Positions 45,684-56,198 are shown, counted from the first letter of the stretch. The stretch: 64,000 nucleotides of DNA from Patescibacteria group bacterium (GCA_041662585.1 JBAZSG010000005.1:68181-132180); one strand, 5' to 3'. Numbers and translations are program-made. The notes: a model not told the origin generated them from the letters alone.

Positions 45684-47444
45684 ATGAAATATTTAACCAA
45701 GCAGACATTTAAAGTTTTTTGGAAAAACTCATTAAAATATAAATGGGCTCTTTTTATTATGCTGTTATCTATCATCATAGCTTCACTTGGTAGTATTATA
45801 GCGCCGTTGTATTATAAAGATTTTTTTAATATTTTGAGTATCACAGATACCAGTATTGATAGGGTAGCGATGCTTAAAGTGACCTTGATGAAAGTACTGG
45901 CTATACATTTTATTTCTTGGATTTTTTGGAGAGCGGCTACTTTTTTATCAAGTTATTTTCAAACACATGGTATGGCAGATTTATTGAACTCTTCTTTTGC
46001 TTATCTACACAAACATTCTATTTCTTTTTTTAATAATAATTTTGTTGGTTCACTGGTAAAAAAAGTAAATAGATTTTCTAGAGCGTTTGAAGTAATAACA
46101 GATTTGTTATTTTGGGATTTGTTGCCAACATTTATAAATGTATTTTTGATTATTATAGTACTGGGTAAACGAAATATATTTTTGGGTCTGGGTATTTTAC
46201 TTTGGACGCTTATATACTTGTTGATAAACTATTATTTTTCTATTTACAAATTAAAATATGATGTAGAGAGAGCTCAGCTCAATTCCAAAGTAACTGGAGT
46301 ATTGGCCGACACTATTACCAATCATTTAAATTTGAAATTATTTACAGGTTATGATAGAGAAAAAAAAGGTTTTGAAGAAATAAATAGTCAATATCAAAAG
46401 TTGCATCTTTTTACTTGGAATTTGGCCAATTATTTTGAAGCTGGGCAGGCATTACTCATGATGATATTGGAAATTGGTGTAATGTATTATTCTATTTCTT
46501 TGTGGCAAAAAGGTATTATAGATGTCGGAGAATTTGTCTTAATTCAAACTTATTTAGTCAGTATTATCATGCGTTTATGGAATTTTGGTCGGATTATTAG
46601 AAAATATTATGAAGCCATGGCTGATGCTGAAGAAATGACCGAAATACTGGAAACTCCTCATGAAATAAAAGATGTAAAAAATGCCAAGATTTTGAAAGTA
46701 TCAGGGGGCAAGATAGAATTTAAAGAAGTAGATTTTTCTTACAACAAAACTCGTAAGATAATTTCGGATTTTAATTTAAATATCAAGGCCAAAGAAAAAA
46801 TAGCTTTAGTGGGTGCTTCTGGTTCTGGTAAAACAACAGTAGTAAATCTACTACTTAGAAATTATGATATTGATAGTGGCAAAATATTAATAGATAATCA
46901 AAAAATAATCAGTGTTACTCAAGATTCTTTGTGGCAAAACATAGCTTTGGTTAATCAAGATCCAGTTTTATTTCATCGAACATTAAAAGAAAATATTAGC
47001 TATGGCAAATCAAATGCTAGTGATAATGAAATTATGAAGGCAGCCAAATTGGCTCATGCTCATTCTTTTATAGAAAGTTTTCCTGAAAAATATGAAACAT
47101 ATGTTGGGGAAAGAGGAGTCAAATTGTCTGGTGGTGAAAGACAACGCATTGCTATTGCTCGGGCTATCTTAAAAAATGCTCCTATTTTGATATTGGATGA
47201 GGCTACATCATCTTTGGATTCAGAATCAGAAGAATTGATTCAAGATGCTTTGGCCAACTTGATGAAAAATAAGACCGTTATAGTCATTGCTCATAGATTG
47301 TCTACTATTATGAAAATGGACAGAATTATTGTTTTTGATGGTGGACAAATAGTTGAGCAAGGTACTCACAAAGAATTGATTACTAAAAAGCAAGGATTAT
47401 ACAGTAGGCTTTGGAAAAAACAGGTAGGTGGTTTTATTGCTTAA
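45684..47444 (+). CDS. ABC transporter, fused permease/ATPase (MsbA/LmrA-type exporter)
   Basis: 6-TM N-terminal domain; Walker A GASGSGKTT; signature LSGGERQRIAIARA; Walker B ILILDEATS. Confidence 0.88.
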   Translation: MKYLTKQTFKVFWKNSLKYKWALFIMLLSIIIASLGSIIAPLYYKDFFNILSITDTSIDRVAMLKVTLMKVLAIHFISWIFWRAATFLSSYFQTHGMADLLNSSFAYLHKHSISFFNNNFVGSLVKKVNRFSRAFEVITDLLFWDLLPTFINVFLIIIVLGKRNIFLGLGILLWTLIYLLINYYFSIYKLKYDVERAQLNSKVTGVLADTITNHLNLKLFTGYDREKKGFEEINSQYQKLHLFTWNLANYFEAGQALLMMILEIGVMYYSISLWQKGIIDVGEFVLIQTYLVSIIMRLWNFGRIIRKYYEAMADAEEMTEILETPHEIKDVKNAKILKVSGGKIEFKEVDFSYNKTRKIISDFNLNIKAKEKIALVGASGSGKTTVVNLLLRNYDIDSGKILIDNQKIISVTQDSLWQNIALVNQDPVLFHRTLKENISYGKSNASDNEIMKAAKLAHAHSFIESFPEKYETYVGERGVKLSGGERQRIAIARAILKNAPILILDEATSSLDSESEELIQDALANLMKNKTVIVIAHRLSTIMKMDRIIVFDGGQIVEQGTHKELITKKQGLYSRLWKKQVGGFIA

Positions 47445-47524
47445 TAGCTTAGTTGACTTTTTATAAATATTATGTTATATTAGCTAGAATTTGAAACAAT
47501 AACCCATAAGTAAAGGATTACAAG

Positions 47525-47776
47525 ATGAAGCGTTATTGGATCAAAAGGGGTTCTTTTGCTTGGCAAGAGGTAAGTCGGTCAGAATTTGCTGCTGCTGAAA
47601 AAGAGGCTGGATTTTATCCCGGCCCAAATGATGGTGACTTGGTCAGTAATGGTTTTTGCTCAAATTCCGTCGCCGACGGAACGCGCATCACAGGAAGGAT
47701 CACCAATGGGGAGATAAGTAAAAAAAAGTATGGCTTTGATCAAGAATTTTTGAGAATAGCCCTACAAAAAAAATAA
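47525..47776 (+). CDS. Hypothetical small protein (GC-rich relative to the genome)
   Basis: 83-aa ORF with an AAGGA RBS, a candidate promoter TTGACT-17-TATATT at about 47451, and a strong terminator downstream. Codon usage is GC-richer than neighbouring genes. Confidence 0.5.
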   Translation: MKRYWIKRGSFAWQEVSRSEFAAAEKEAGFYPGPNDGDLVSNGFCSNSVADGTRITGRITNGEISKKKYGFDQEFLRIALQKK

Positions 47777-47799
47777 GCACAAAAAAGCTTAAAATATCA

Positions 47800-47833
47800 A
47801 CGGAGTGTATTAACTTGCACTCCGTTTCTGTTT
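47800..47833 (+). terminator. Rho-independent terminator
   Basis: ACGGAGTG-tattaacttg-CACTCCGT followed by TTTCTGTTT. Confidence 0.7.
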
Positions 47834-47886
47834 GTAGATTTTTTTGTTAGTTTATTGTATAATACAAGTATATTAAATCATCTAGA

Positions 47887-48867
47887 GTGAAAAATAAAAA
47901 TATAATTTCAAAATTAAAAACAGCTGATTTGCGTGGTAGAGGTGGGGCTGATTTTCCTACATACTTAAAATGGCAAATAATGGCTGATACTGTTTCGAGT
48001 CAGAAATATATAGTAGCCAATGGCAGTGAAGGAGAACCGAATGTTCTAAAAGATGGATATATTTTAAAAAATTATCCAGAATTATTGGTAGAGGGATTAA
48101 AAATTGCTTTAGACACTTTTAAAGGGTCTAGGGCTTTTATTTTTTTGCGACGTGACTACTATAAAAAATATAAAAAGAAACTAGAAAAATTAATTGGTAA
48201 AATGCCTATTACTGTTTTTAGAGAACATGGTGGTTATTTGTCAGGGGAAGAAACTGTACTTTGTGAAGAGATAGAAAAAAATTTACCAGCTCGTCCTAGA
48301 ACTAGACCGCCATTTCCAGGCCAAGCTGGTGTCTATGGATTGCCAACACTCATAAATAATGTTGAGACTTTTTATTATGTGGCTAAAATAGCTAGAGGGG
48401 AATATAAAAAAACTAGACTATATAGCATTACAGGTAAAGTACCTTATAAAGGAGTATTTGAATTACCAGTAAACATGGCTATTAAACAAATTTTAGCTGA
48501 GACTAAAAATACACCAGAGTTTGATTATTTTGTCCAAATCGGTGGAGGAGCCAGTGGTGATGTATTATTATCATCTGAAACCAACAAATTAGTAAATGGT
48601 AGTGGAGCAATTGTGGTTTATGACAAAGAGCAAACAGATCCTTGGGTATTGATGCATACTTGGATTGATTTTTTTATGCGAGAAAATTGTGACAAATGTA
48701 CTCCTTGTCGGGAAGGAACATATAGAATCCTAGAGATGATAAGAGACAGGAAATTTGATAAAAAAATACTTGAAGATTTATTTTTCGTTTTAGAAAATAC
48801 TAGTTATTGTGCATTAGGTAGATCTATACCACTTCCATTTAGATCAGCTATTAAGAAGTTGTTATAA
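47887..48867 (+). CDS. NuoF/HoxF-like NADH-binding FMN flavoprotein subunit (short form)
   Basis: RGRGGADFPTYLKW (NuoF GRGGAGFPTGxKW), SEGEP motif, C-terminal CxxCxxC cluster site. GTG start. Lacks the long N-terminal extension of canonical NuoF. Confidence 0.75.
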   Translation: MKNKNIISKLKTADLRGRGGADFPTYLKWQIMADTVSSQKYIVANGSEGEPNVLKDGYILKNYPELLVEGLKIALDTFKGSRAFIFLRRDYYKKYKKKLEKLIGKMPITVFREHGGYLSGEETVLCEEIEKNLPARPRTRPPFPGQAGVYGLPTLINNVETFYYVAKIARGEYKKTRLYSITGKVPYKGVFELPVNMAIKQILAETKNTPEFDYFVQIGGGASGDVLLSSETNKLVNGSGAIVVYDKEQTDPWVLMHTWIDFFMRENCDKCTPCREGTYRILEMIRDRKFDKKILEDLFFVLENTSYCALGRSIPLPFRSAIKKLL

Positions 48868-48938
48868 TAATTGCTCCTAGTCTAAGCTATCGTTAACGGC
48901 CTTCGCCTAATCACTCTTAGCTTAGACTACTCGCAATA
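48868..48938 (+). ncRNA. Structured intergenic repeat element, copy B (family I)
   Basis: Perfect 12-bp inverted repeat TAGTCTAAGCTA / TAGCTTAGACTA and inner GGC-CTTC-GCC hairpin. Both stems differ from copy A by paired compensatory substitutions. Confidence 0.55.
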
Positions 48939-48953
48939 AAAATATAATATAAA

Positions 48954-50678
48954 ATGACCAAGAAAGTTAATATCTATATCAACAACAAGCAATATACTGC
49001 CAATCAAGGACAAAGTGTTTTGGATGTGGCCAAAGCAAATAATATTGAAATCACTACTTTGTGTCATCATCCAGATATAAAAATTCAAGGCTCTTGTAGG
49101 TTGTGTTTGGTTGAAATAAAAGGGAAAAAAGGATTGTTTACAGCTTGTACCACCAAAGTAGAAGATGACATGAGAGTAGTGACTGATTCCAAAGATATAG
49201 CCAGAGCCAAGCAGATAAATTTAGAATTAATATTTGCTGAGCATTGTGAAGAATGTAATGATTGTATCTATAATCAAAACTGTACTATCAAAGAATATGC
49301 CAAAAAATTTAATGTGAAAATTACAAAATATAGTGATAGAAAAAAGGGTTATCCTGTACACAAATTTGGTCCATCTTTGCAATTTGATACTTCCAAATGT
49401 ATTGATTGTGGTTTGTGTGTAGATATTTGTAAAAAAGAAGGAGTAGATTTTTTGGAGTTTAAGAAAAATAGAAAATTTTATGAAGTATGCCCATCTGCCA
49501 AAAAAGATAAGGACTGTATTTATTGTGGTCAGTGTTTGACCCATTGTCCAGTCGGAGCCTTTGAGGGAGTAGGAGAATTTGAAGATATTGATAAATATAT
49601 AAAGGCCAAAGGAAAAACAGTGGTTTTTCAGTTTGCTCCATCTATACGTTCTACCATTGGTGAAGAATTTGGGATGCCTATCGGGTCTGTGGTTACTGGC
49701 AAGCTAGTCGCCGCTATAAAAGCTTTGGGAATAGAACATGTTTTTGATGTTTCTGTTGGAGCGGATATTACTACCATAGAAGAAGCTAGCGAACTTATAG
49801 ACAGAATAAAAAAAGACACAGCACTACCAATGTTTACATCATGTTGTCCAGCTTGGGTAAAATATGTAGAGTTTTTTCGTCCCGACATGATACCAAATCT
49901 TACTACTGTCAGGTCTCCACAAGTTATCATGGGAGGACTTATCAAAACATATTGGGCCAAAGAAATGAAAATAAATCCCAAAGATATTATAGTAGTTGGT
50001 ATTATGCCTTGTGTAGCCAAAAAATATGAGATAGAGAGATCTCAAAATAAAATAAATGGTATGAAGGCTGTTGATCAAGTAATGACCACTAGAGAGTTGG
50101 CTCATTTGCTTCGTAAGAAAAAAATAGATTTAAAAACCATAAAGCCAGAAGTAGCTCGGTCACCACTTTTAAAACCTAGTGGGGCTGGAGTAATCTATGG
50201 TGCCTCTGGTGGCGTGATGGAATCAGCTCTGAGAGCAGCTTATAAGATGATGACTGCCAAGTCTATGCCAAAATTGCAATTGGAAGAAGTCAGAGGTATA
50301 CAAGGATTTAAAAAAGCTAAAATAAAAGTAGCCAATAAGACTATCAAAGTAGGAGTAGTAAATGGCATTGCCAATGCCAAGAAAATATTGGCCGAATTGG
50401 AAAAAGATCCACATGCTTATGATTATGTAGAAGTGATGGCTTGTTTTGGTGGGTGTATTGGAGGAGGAGGACAACCAGTACCAGTAAATGATGAGATAAG
50501 AAAAAAACGTTCAGCTGGTTTATATAATGTAGATAATAAACAAACAATTCGTAGTGCAGAAGAAAATCCAATTATCAAAAAATTGTATAAAGAATTTTTT
50601 AATAATCATCAAAACACACATAGTGTTTGTCATACTAGTTTTATAAAAAAGAAAAAAGAAGTTTATCCATCCAAATAA
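48954..50678 (+). CDS. [FeFe]-hydrogenase catalytic subunit with N-terminal 2Fe-2S and 4Fe-4S ferredoxin domains
   Basis: H-cluster motifs TSCCPAW (L1), MPCVAKK (L2), EVMACFGGCIGGGGQP (L3). Also 2Fe-2S CHHPD..C..C and two CxxCxxCxxxCP. Confidence 0.9.
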   Translation: MTKKVNIYINNKQYTANQGQSVLDVAKANNIEITTLCHHPDIKIQGSCRLCLVEIKGKKGLFTACTTKVEDDMRVVTDSKDIARAKQINLELIFAEHCEECNDCIYNQNCTIKEYAKKFNVKITKYSDRKKGYPVHKFGPSLQFDTSKCIDCGLCVDICKKEGVDFLEFKKNRKFYEVCPSAKKDKDCIYCGQCLTHCPVGAFEGVGEFEDIDKYIKAKGKTVVFQFAPSIRSTIGEEFGMPIGSVVTGKLVAAIKALGIEHVFDVSVGADITTIEEASELIDRIKKDTALPMFTSCCPAWVKYVEFFRPDMIPNLTTVRSPQVIMGGLIKTYWAKEMKINPKDIIVVGIMPCVAKKYEIERSQNKINGMKAVDQVMTTRELAHLLRKKKIDLKTIKPEVARSPLLKPSGAGVIYGASGGVMESALRAAYKMMTAKSMPKLQLEEVRGIQGFKKAKIKVANKTIKVGVVNGIANAKKILAELEKDPHAYDYVEVMACFGGCIGGGGQPVPVNDEIRKKRSAGLYNVDNKQTIRSAEENPIIKKLYKEFFNNHQNTHSVCHTSFIKKKKEVYPSK

Positions 50679-50692
50679 TTAATCATAAATAT

Positions 50693-51205
50693 ATGGCTTT
50701 AGCACAAACATTAACTTGGGATAAAACAAAGACCATAACGGCTGTTCAATTTTTAACATTACTTAGTATTGCTACCATTGCTCCTTTATTTCATCAGCAA
50801 TGGCTGACTGGACCAATAGTCAATGCTATGTTTTTGATAGCAGTGGTTTTATTGGGTAGTCAAAATGCAATATTGTTGGCTTTGCTACCTAGTACCATTG
50901 CCTTGGGAGTTGGTTTGCTTCCAGCAGTATTAGCACCGATGATACCTTTTATTATTATCTCCAATGTAACTTTTATTTTGGGTTTTCATTATCTTAGAGA
51001 AAAGAATTTTTGGTTGGCTGTAGCAGTAGCCAGTGTTTTAAAATTTGCGTTTCTTTGGGCTACCAGTTTTGTGGTTATAAGTTTGCTTCTCAAAAAAGAA
51101 TTGGCAACCAATGTTTCAGCGGTCATGAGCTGGCCACAACTCGCCACAGCACTTATAGGTGGTTTACTGGCTTATATATTTCTCAAGAAGATAAAAAAAA
51201 TTTAG
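50693..51205 (+). CDS. Integral membrane protein (ECF-transporter S-component-like?)
   Basis: 170 aa with about five TM helices; family uncertain. Confidence 0.45.
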   Translation: MALAQTLTWDKTKTITAVQFLTLLSIATIAPLFHQQWLTGPIVNAMFLIAVVLLGSQNAILLALLPSTIALGVGLLPAVLAPMIPFIIISNVTFILGFHYLREKNFWLAVAVASVLKFAFLWATSFVVISLLLKKELATNVSAVMSWPQLATALIGGLLAYIFLKKIKKI

Positions 51206-51314
51206 TTGCTATAAATTTAAAAGGCCAATAGCTTAATTGGTCTTTTTATGATTGACAAAAACACTTATTTATGTTAATTTAGGCGAACAAATTTTGAATA
51301 ATTAATTTATTAAT

Positions 51315-52925
51315 ATGAATAAGAAATTTATTTATTTAAGTCTACTAATGATTATGATTTTGGCTGTTTCTGGCTGTGTTAAGACAGACGAAACAACAGA
51401 TAATATAGAAGTAAAGAAAAAAGTACAAATTCAAGAAATTGTACAAGACAAGGAAGTAAATTCTAAGTTGCTACTTAGTGCCACGGTTGTGCCAAAAGAA
51501 TATAGTCTTATCAGGTCTCTTACTCCTGGTACATTAGAGTTTTTGGCTCCTATTGGCTCACAGGTTTATGCTGGTCAGCCACTTTTTTCTATTAGAGATG
51601 CGGGGGTTGAAAATAATTATTTTAATACTTTACAAAATTTTCAACAGACTCAAATTACTAGTAATCAGCGTGTCCAACAAGCTGAGCTAGCATTAAATAG
51701 TGCCAAAGCTAGGTTAGATTTAGCTAGAACTCAATATGATACTAATATTTCTCAAACTCAACAGGCTATAATTACAGCAGAGGATGCAGTTACTTTATCC
51801 TATAATTCTGCTTATAATAGTATTTATCAAATTTTGATAAATTATAATAGTAGAAATTTAGATAATCCTAGTTATACTTTGAAAGATGTTTTATCTAGCA
51901 ATCAATCTTTGAAGTCAGATACAACATTTTTATTTATAATTGCAGTCAATGATTTTCAAAATTTATCAAATACAGCTAATAAAGACAACTTACCACAATC
52001 TTTAGCAGATATATATAAAAGTTTATTGAGTACTAAAAAATTTGTAGATAGTACAGCTATTTTATTACAAAGTGCCATTGTCAATGAAAATTATTTAGCA
52101 ACAGCTATTGCTATAGATAAAAGTACAAATAGCAATTATCAAAGTATTATTAATACACATTTGAGTTCTATTATTGCTGGTATTAGTAATTTAGAAAATA
52201 CTAGCATCAACAATAAAATTTCTAATAATAATGCGCAAGCTCAATTGGATTTGGCAGAGATAGAATATAATAATTTAGAAATAGCCTTACAAAATGCCAA
52301 AGATGGTGCAATACTTGAACAAAGTATGTCTCAATCACAGCTTGATTCAGCTGCTTATAATTATAATAATCTTACTTTGGCTTCTCCTTTTTCGGGTACA
52401 ATATTATCTCATTTTGTTGGTGTTGGAGAGCAAGTTGGTATTGGTCAAGAGTTGGTTGAAATTGGTAATTTGTCTATTGTTGAAATAACAGTGGATGTTG
52501 ATGTTGATTTTGCCAAAGCTATAAAACTTGGTGATCAAGTAATGATTGATGGGCAGTATAAAGGTGTGGTGACAGCCATTGATCCAATTGGTGATTTGAA
52601 GAGTGGGAAGGTCAGTGTGACTGTTCAAAGTCAAGAAGCAGGGGCTGGTCTAGTAGCTGGTTCTACAGCTGAAGTAGAATTTTCATTATTATATACAGAT
52701 GTCAATACTATAGTTGTTCCTATAAAATCGGTGACTATAGAATCTTCTGGCAATTATGTTTTTGTAGTAAACAATGAAAATAAAGTAGTCAGAAAAAATG
52801 TCAATCTTGGTCAAATATATGGTGATAAAGTTTCTGTGCTTAGTGGTTTAGAAGAGGGTGATAAGTTGATACTTTTGAATGGAGTTTTTGTATCTGTTGA
52901 TGATGAAGTAGAAATTGTAAATTAA
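51315..52925 (+). CDS. RND efflux periplasmic adaptor (membrane fusion protein)
   Basis: Lipoprotein-like N-terminus (..AVSGC), long coiled-coil hairpin, lipoyl/beta-barrel segments (GTILSHFVGVGEQVGIGQELVEIG). Precedes the RND permease. Confidence 0.8.
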   Translation: MNKKFIYLSLLMIMILAVSGCVKTDETTDNIEVKKKVQIQEIVQDKEVNSKLLLSATVVPKEYSLIRSLTPGTLEFLAPIGSQVYAGQPLFSIRDAGVENNYFNTLQNFQQTQITSNQRVQQAELALNSAKARLDLARTQYDTNISQTQQAIITAEDAVTLSYNSAYNSIYQILINYNSRNLDNPSYTLKDVLSSNQSLKSDTTFLFIIAVNDFQNLSNTANKDNLPQSLADIYKSLLSTKKFVDSTAILLQSAIVNENYLATAIAIDKSTNSNYQSIINTHLSSIIAGISNLENTSINNKISNNNAQAQLDLAEIEYNNLEIALQNAKDGAILEQSMSQSQLDSAAYNYNNLTLASPFSGTILSHFVGVGEQVGIGQELVEIGNLSIVEITVDVDVDFAKAIKLGDQVMIDGQYKGVVTAIDPIGDLKSGKVSVTVQSQEAGAGLVAGSTAEVEFSLLYTDVNTIVVPIKSVTIESSGNYVFVVNNENKVVRKNVNLGQIYGDKVSVLSGLEEGDKLILLNGVFVSVDDEVEIVN

Positions 52926-52929
52926 ATAC

Positions 52930-55900
52930 ATGACAGGATTTAAAAAAGATTATCATGCCGATAAGGCAATAAAAAGAATAAGAGGTACTATTTTTGGTTA
53001 TTTTATTACTCATTTTAGAATAGTTACTTTGATTATTGCTGCTATTTTTTTATTGGGTATTTTTTCTTTGATGAATCTTCCTCGTGAATCTGATCCGGAA
53101 GTAAAAATCCCAATTGCTATAGTATCTACATATTATGCTGGAGCTAGTCCAGCAGATGTGGAGAGTCTTATTACTGACGAGATAGAAAACAAACTAGAAG
53201 AGTTAGATGATGTAAAACTTATTACCTCATCTTCTCGCACAAGTTTATCCTCTATAGTGGTGGAATTTGAAGCTAGTGCTGATTTGGAGGCGAGTATTTC
53301 AGAATTAAAAGATAAAGTAGGAGATGTAGTAGGACTCCCTGGAGAAGCAGAAGATCCAGTAGTTACTCAGATTAGAGCTAATGATTTTGCTATTATTACT
53401 TTTTCTCTGTCAGGTGATTTGACTGAGACTCAGCTTAAAATACTAGGAGAGACTGTCCAACATGAATTGGAATCAATATCCGGTGTGTCAAAAGTGCCGG
53501 TTTTGGGTATTCGCGATAAAGAATATTCAGTTTTGGTAAATAGAGCAGCTTTATCTCGTCTTAATATATCTATATCTAGTATTGTTGGAGCGATTCGAGT
53601 AGCCAATTTGGATATGCCACTGGGAGATATAGTAGTAGATGGTATAAATTATAATTTACGTACAGTAGCAAAATTTCAATCTATTGATGATTTGAAAAAT
53701 ACAGTAGTGACTCAAAGTGATGGTAATTTAGTATTATTAAAAGATGTAGCTGAAGTAAAAGAACAATTTGAAGATCATGAGTTTATTTCTCGTATGTCTG
53801 TTTCAGGAACAAAAGCTCAAAATACAGTATCTCTTCAGGTTTTCAAAAAAACAGGTGGTAATATATTGGATATTGTAGATTCTGCCAAAGACAGAATAAA
53901 AAAATTACAAGACGATAAAATAATTCCAGCCAATGTTAAAGTAGAAATAAACAATGACTATTCTAGTTTTATTCGTGATGATTTAAACACTCTAGGAAGT
54001 AGTGGATTACAATCAACAATGCTTATCTTTGTCATCATGTTTATTGCCTTGTCCTTTAAAGAAGCTCTAATAGCCTTGTTTGCTATCCCAATGACTTTTT
54101 TTATTACTTTTATTGTATTATATTTTACAGATTCTACTTTAAATAGTATGACCCTTTATGCCTTAGTGTTGTCATTAGGGTTATTGGTTGATAGTTTTAT
54201 TATTATCTTAGAAGGTATTTTTCATAATATTCGTGAAGGTTATAGTGCAGTCAAAGCAGGGCTCTTGTCGGTAGCCAATTATAGCAAGCCACTTACATCA
54301 GGTATGCTTACTACTGTTGCTGCTTTTTTTCCAATGCTACTAGTCAGTGGTATATTGGGTGAATATTTGAGAATTTTTCCTATTACTATCGCTATAGTAC
54401 TCTTATCTTCACTTTTTGTATCTTTGATTTTGGTGCCATCATTTTCTAGTAAATTTTTGGCCAAGAGCAAAATTGATGTAGAAATGAAAGAAAGCATTTT
54501 GGAGCGTTATGCAACCAATAAGTTGAGGAAAATATACAGAAACAAGATTACCAAGTTTCTACAAAATAAAAAAGCCAAGTTGAAATTTAGTTTTGCTATT
54601 ACTGGATTATTTATTGCTTCTTTGGGCTTGTTGATTTTTGGTATTGTACCAGTAGAACTATTTCCCAAAATAGATACAAACTTTGTCTATATTGACATTG
54701 AAATGCCTATTGGGACTGAGCTTGATAAAACAGCTGAGGTAGCGACTCAAGTAGAAGAAAAATTTTATAGTAAACCATATATCAAAAATTTTGTTACTAC
54801 TATTGGTCAGTCTTCTAGCATTGGCGCTTTTGAGGCTGGTAGCAGTAGTGAACATCTTGCTTCAATCAGTATAAATTTGGTAGATGAAGAATTGAGAGAT
54901 AAAAAAAGTTTTGAAATAACCGAACAACTAAGAGAAGAATTAAAAGAAATAAACCAAGGAGAAATAACTATTCAAGAACTTAGTGCTGGCCCACCAACTG
55001 GATCACCTATAGAGGCTCGTATTTTGGGAGAAGATTTGGTTATATTGGATGATTTGGCCAATAAGACAAAACAAGTACTTAAAAATATTGAAGGCACTCT
55101 AAATATTGATAGTGATCAAGAAGTTTCTCCAGCTGATCTTACTTTTACCTTAAATAAAGACACCATTGCTCGTTTGGGACTAACAGTAAGTGATGTATCG
55201 CTGGCTTTGAGAACGGCTATTTTTGGTGTGACAGCTACAGAAGTTTCTTTAAATGGGGATGATTTTAATGTAGTAGTAAAATTGGATAAAGACAAAATAT
55301 CTTCAGTAGAGGAGATAAAAAACTTATCACTAGTAAATAATTTTGGACAAGAAATAAAGTTTTCATCTTTAGCTAATTTTTCTTTAGAGCCAGCTTTGGC
55401 CTCTATACGACATCGTGATAATCAGAGGACTATATCTGTGAGTTCTGATGTTGAAGTAGGTTATACAGCTAGTGATATAGTATCTCAAGCAGAAAAAAAT
55501 CTTGATGCCATAGGTATACCAAATGGTTATAGTATCAGTTTTGGAGGTGAAGTAGAAGATATTGAACAATCATTTACAGAGCTTTGGTATGCTATGATAG
55601 TAGCTGTTATACTGATTGCTTTGATATTGGTATTACAATTTGATTCTTATATTAGACCAATTATAGTAATGATGAATATACCACTGATGTTGATTGGTGT
55701 GGTGTTTGGAATGTTAATATTTGATTTACCATTTTCTTTTCCAGTATTTTTGGGACTTATATCTTTAGCTGGTATAGTCGTTAATGATGCTATAGTTTTG
55801 ATGGACAAAACCAAGCGTAATATAGAAGAAAGAAATATGAATTCTTTGGAAGCAGTAGCTGATGCAGGAGATACTAGGCTTCAGCCAATACTTCTTACTT

Positions 55901-56106
55901 CTGTTACTACTATTATGGGTGTGGTACCATTAGCTTTTGCTAGTGAGTTTTGGGTAGGACTTTCTGTATCTATTATCTTTGGACTACTTTTTGCTACTAT
56001 ATTTCAGTTATTTGTAGTGCCAATGTTATTTCTCAGATTTGAGGGAAGACGTATTGATAGAAAAAAAGCTGAAGCAGAAAAATCAAAAATTGAATATCAA
56101 AAATAA
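52930..56106 (+). CDS. RND efflux transporter permease (AcrB/HAE family)
   Basis: 1058 aa; 12 TM with two large periplasmic loops. Conserved TM4/TM10 regions (ALSLGLLVDSFIII, VNDAIVLMDKT). Confidence 0.9.
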   Translation: MTGFKKDYHADKAIKRIRGTIFGYFITHFRIVTLIIAAIFLLGIFSLMNLPRESDPEVKIPIAIVSTYYAGASPADVESLITDEIENKLEELDDVKLITSSSRTSLSSIVVEFEASADLEASISELKDKVGDVVGLPGEAEDPVVTQIRANDFAIITFSLSGDLTETQLKILGETVQHELESISGVSKVPVLGIRDKEYSVLVNRAALSRLNISISSIVGAIRVANLDMPLGDIVVDGINYNLRTVAKFQSIDDLKNTVVTQSDGNLVLLKDVAEVKEQFEDHEFISRMSVSGTKAQNTVSLQVFKKTGGNILDIVDSAKDRIKKLQDDKIIPANVKVEINNDYSSFIRDDLNTLGSSGLQSTMLIFVIMFIALSFKEALIALFAIPMTFFITFIVLYFTDSTLNSMTLYALVLSLGLLVDSFIIILEGIFHNIREGYSAVKAGLLSVANYSKPLTSGMLTTVAAFFPMLLVSGILGEYLRIFPITIAIVLLSSLFVSLILVPSFSSKFLAKSKIDVEMKESILERYATNKLRKIYRNKITKFLQNKKAKLKFSFAITGLFIASLGLLIFGIVPVELFPKIDTNFVYIDIEMPIGTELDKTAEVATQVEEKFYSKPYIKNFVTTIGQSSSIGAFEAGSSSEHLASISINLVDEELRDKKSFEITEQLREELKEINQGEITIQELSAGPPTGSPIEARILGEDLVILDDLANKTKQVLKNIEGTLNIDSDQEVSPADLTFTLNKDTIARLGLTVSDVSLALRTAIFGVTATEVSLNGDDFNVVVKLDKDKISSVEEIKNLSLVNNFGQEIKFSSLANFSLEPALASIRHRDNQRTISVSSDVEVGYTASDIVSQAEKNLDAIGIPNGYSISFGGEVEDIEQSFTELWYAMIVAVILIALILVLQFDSYIRPIIVMMNIPLMLIGVVFGMLIFDLPFSFPVFLGLISLAGIVVNDAIVLMDKTKRNIEERNMNSLEAVADAGDTRLQPILLTSVTTIMGVVPLAFASEFWVGLSVSIIFGLLFATIFQLFVVPMLFLRFEGRRIDRKKAEAEKSKIEYQK

Positions 56107-56198
56107 TAAATTTCCGGTTTAACCGGGAATTTTATTTATTTCAAAACTTGTAAAATTTAATAATTTTAGGTATTATTTAGGCTAGTTAATATATATTT

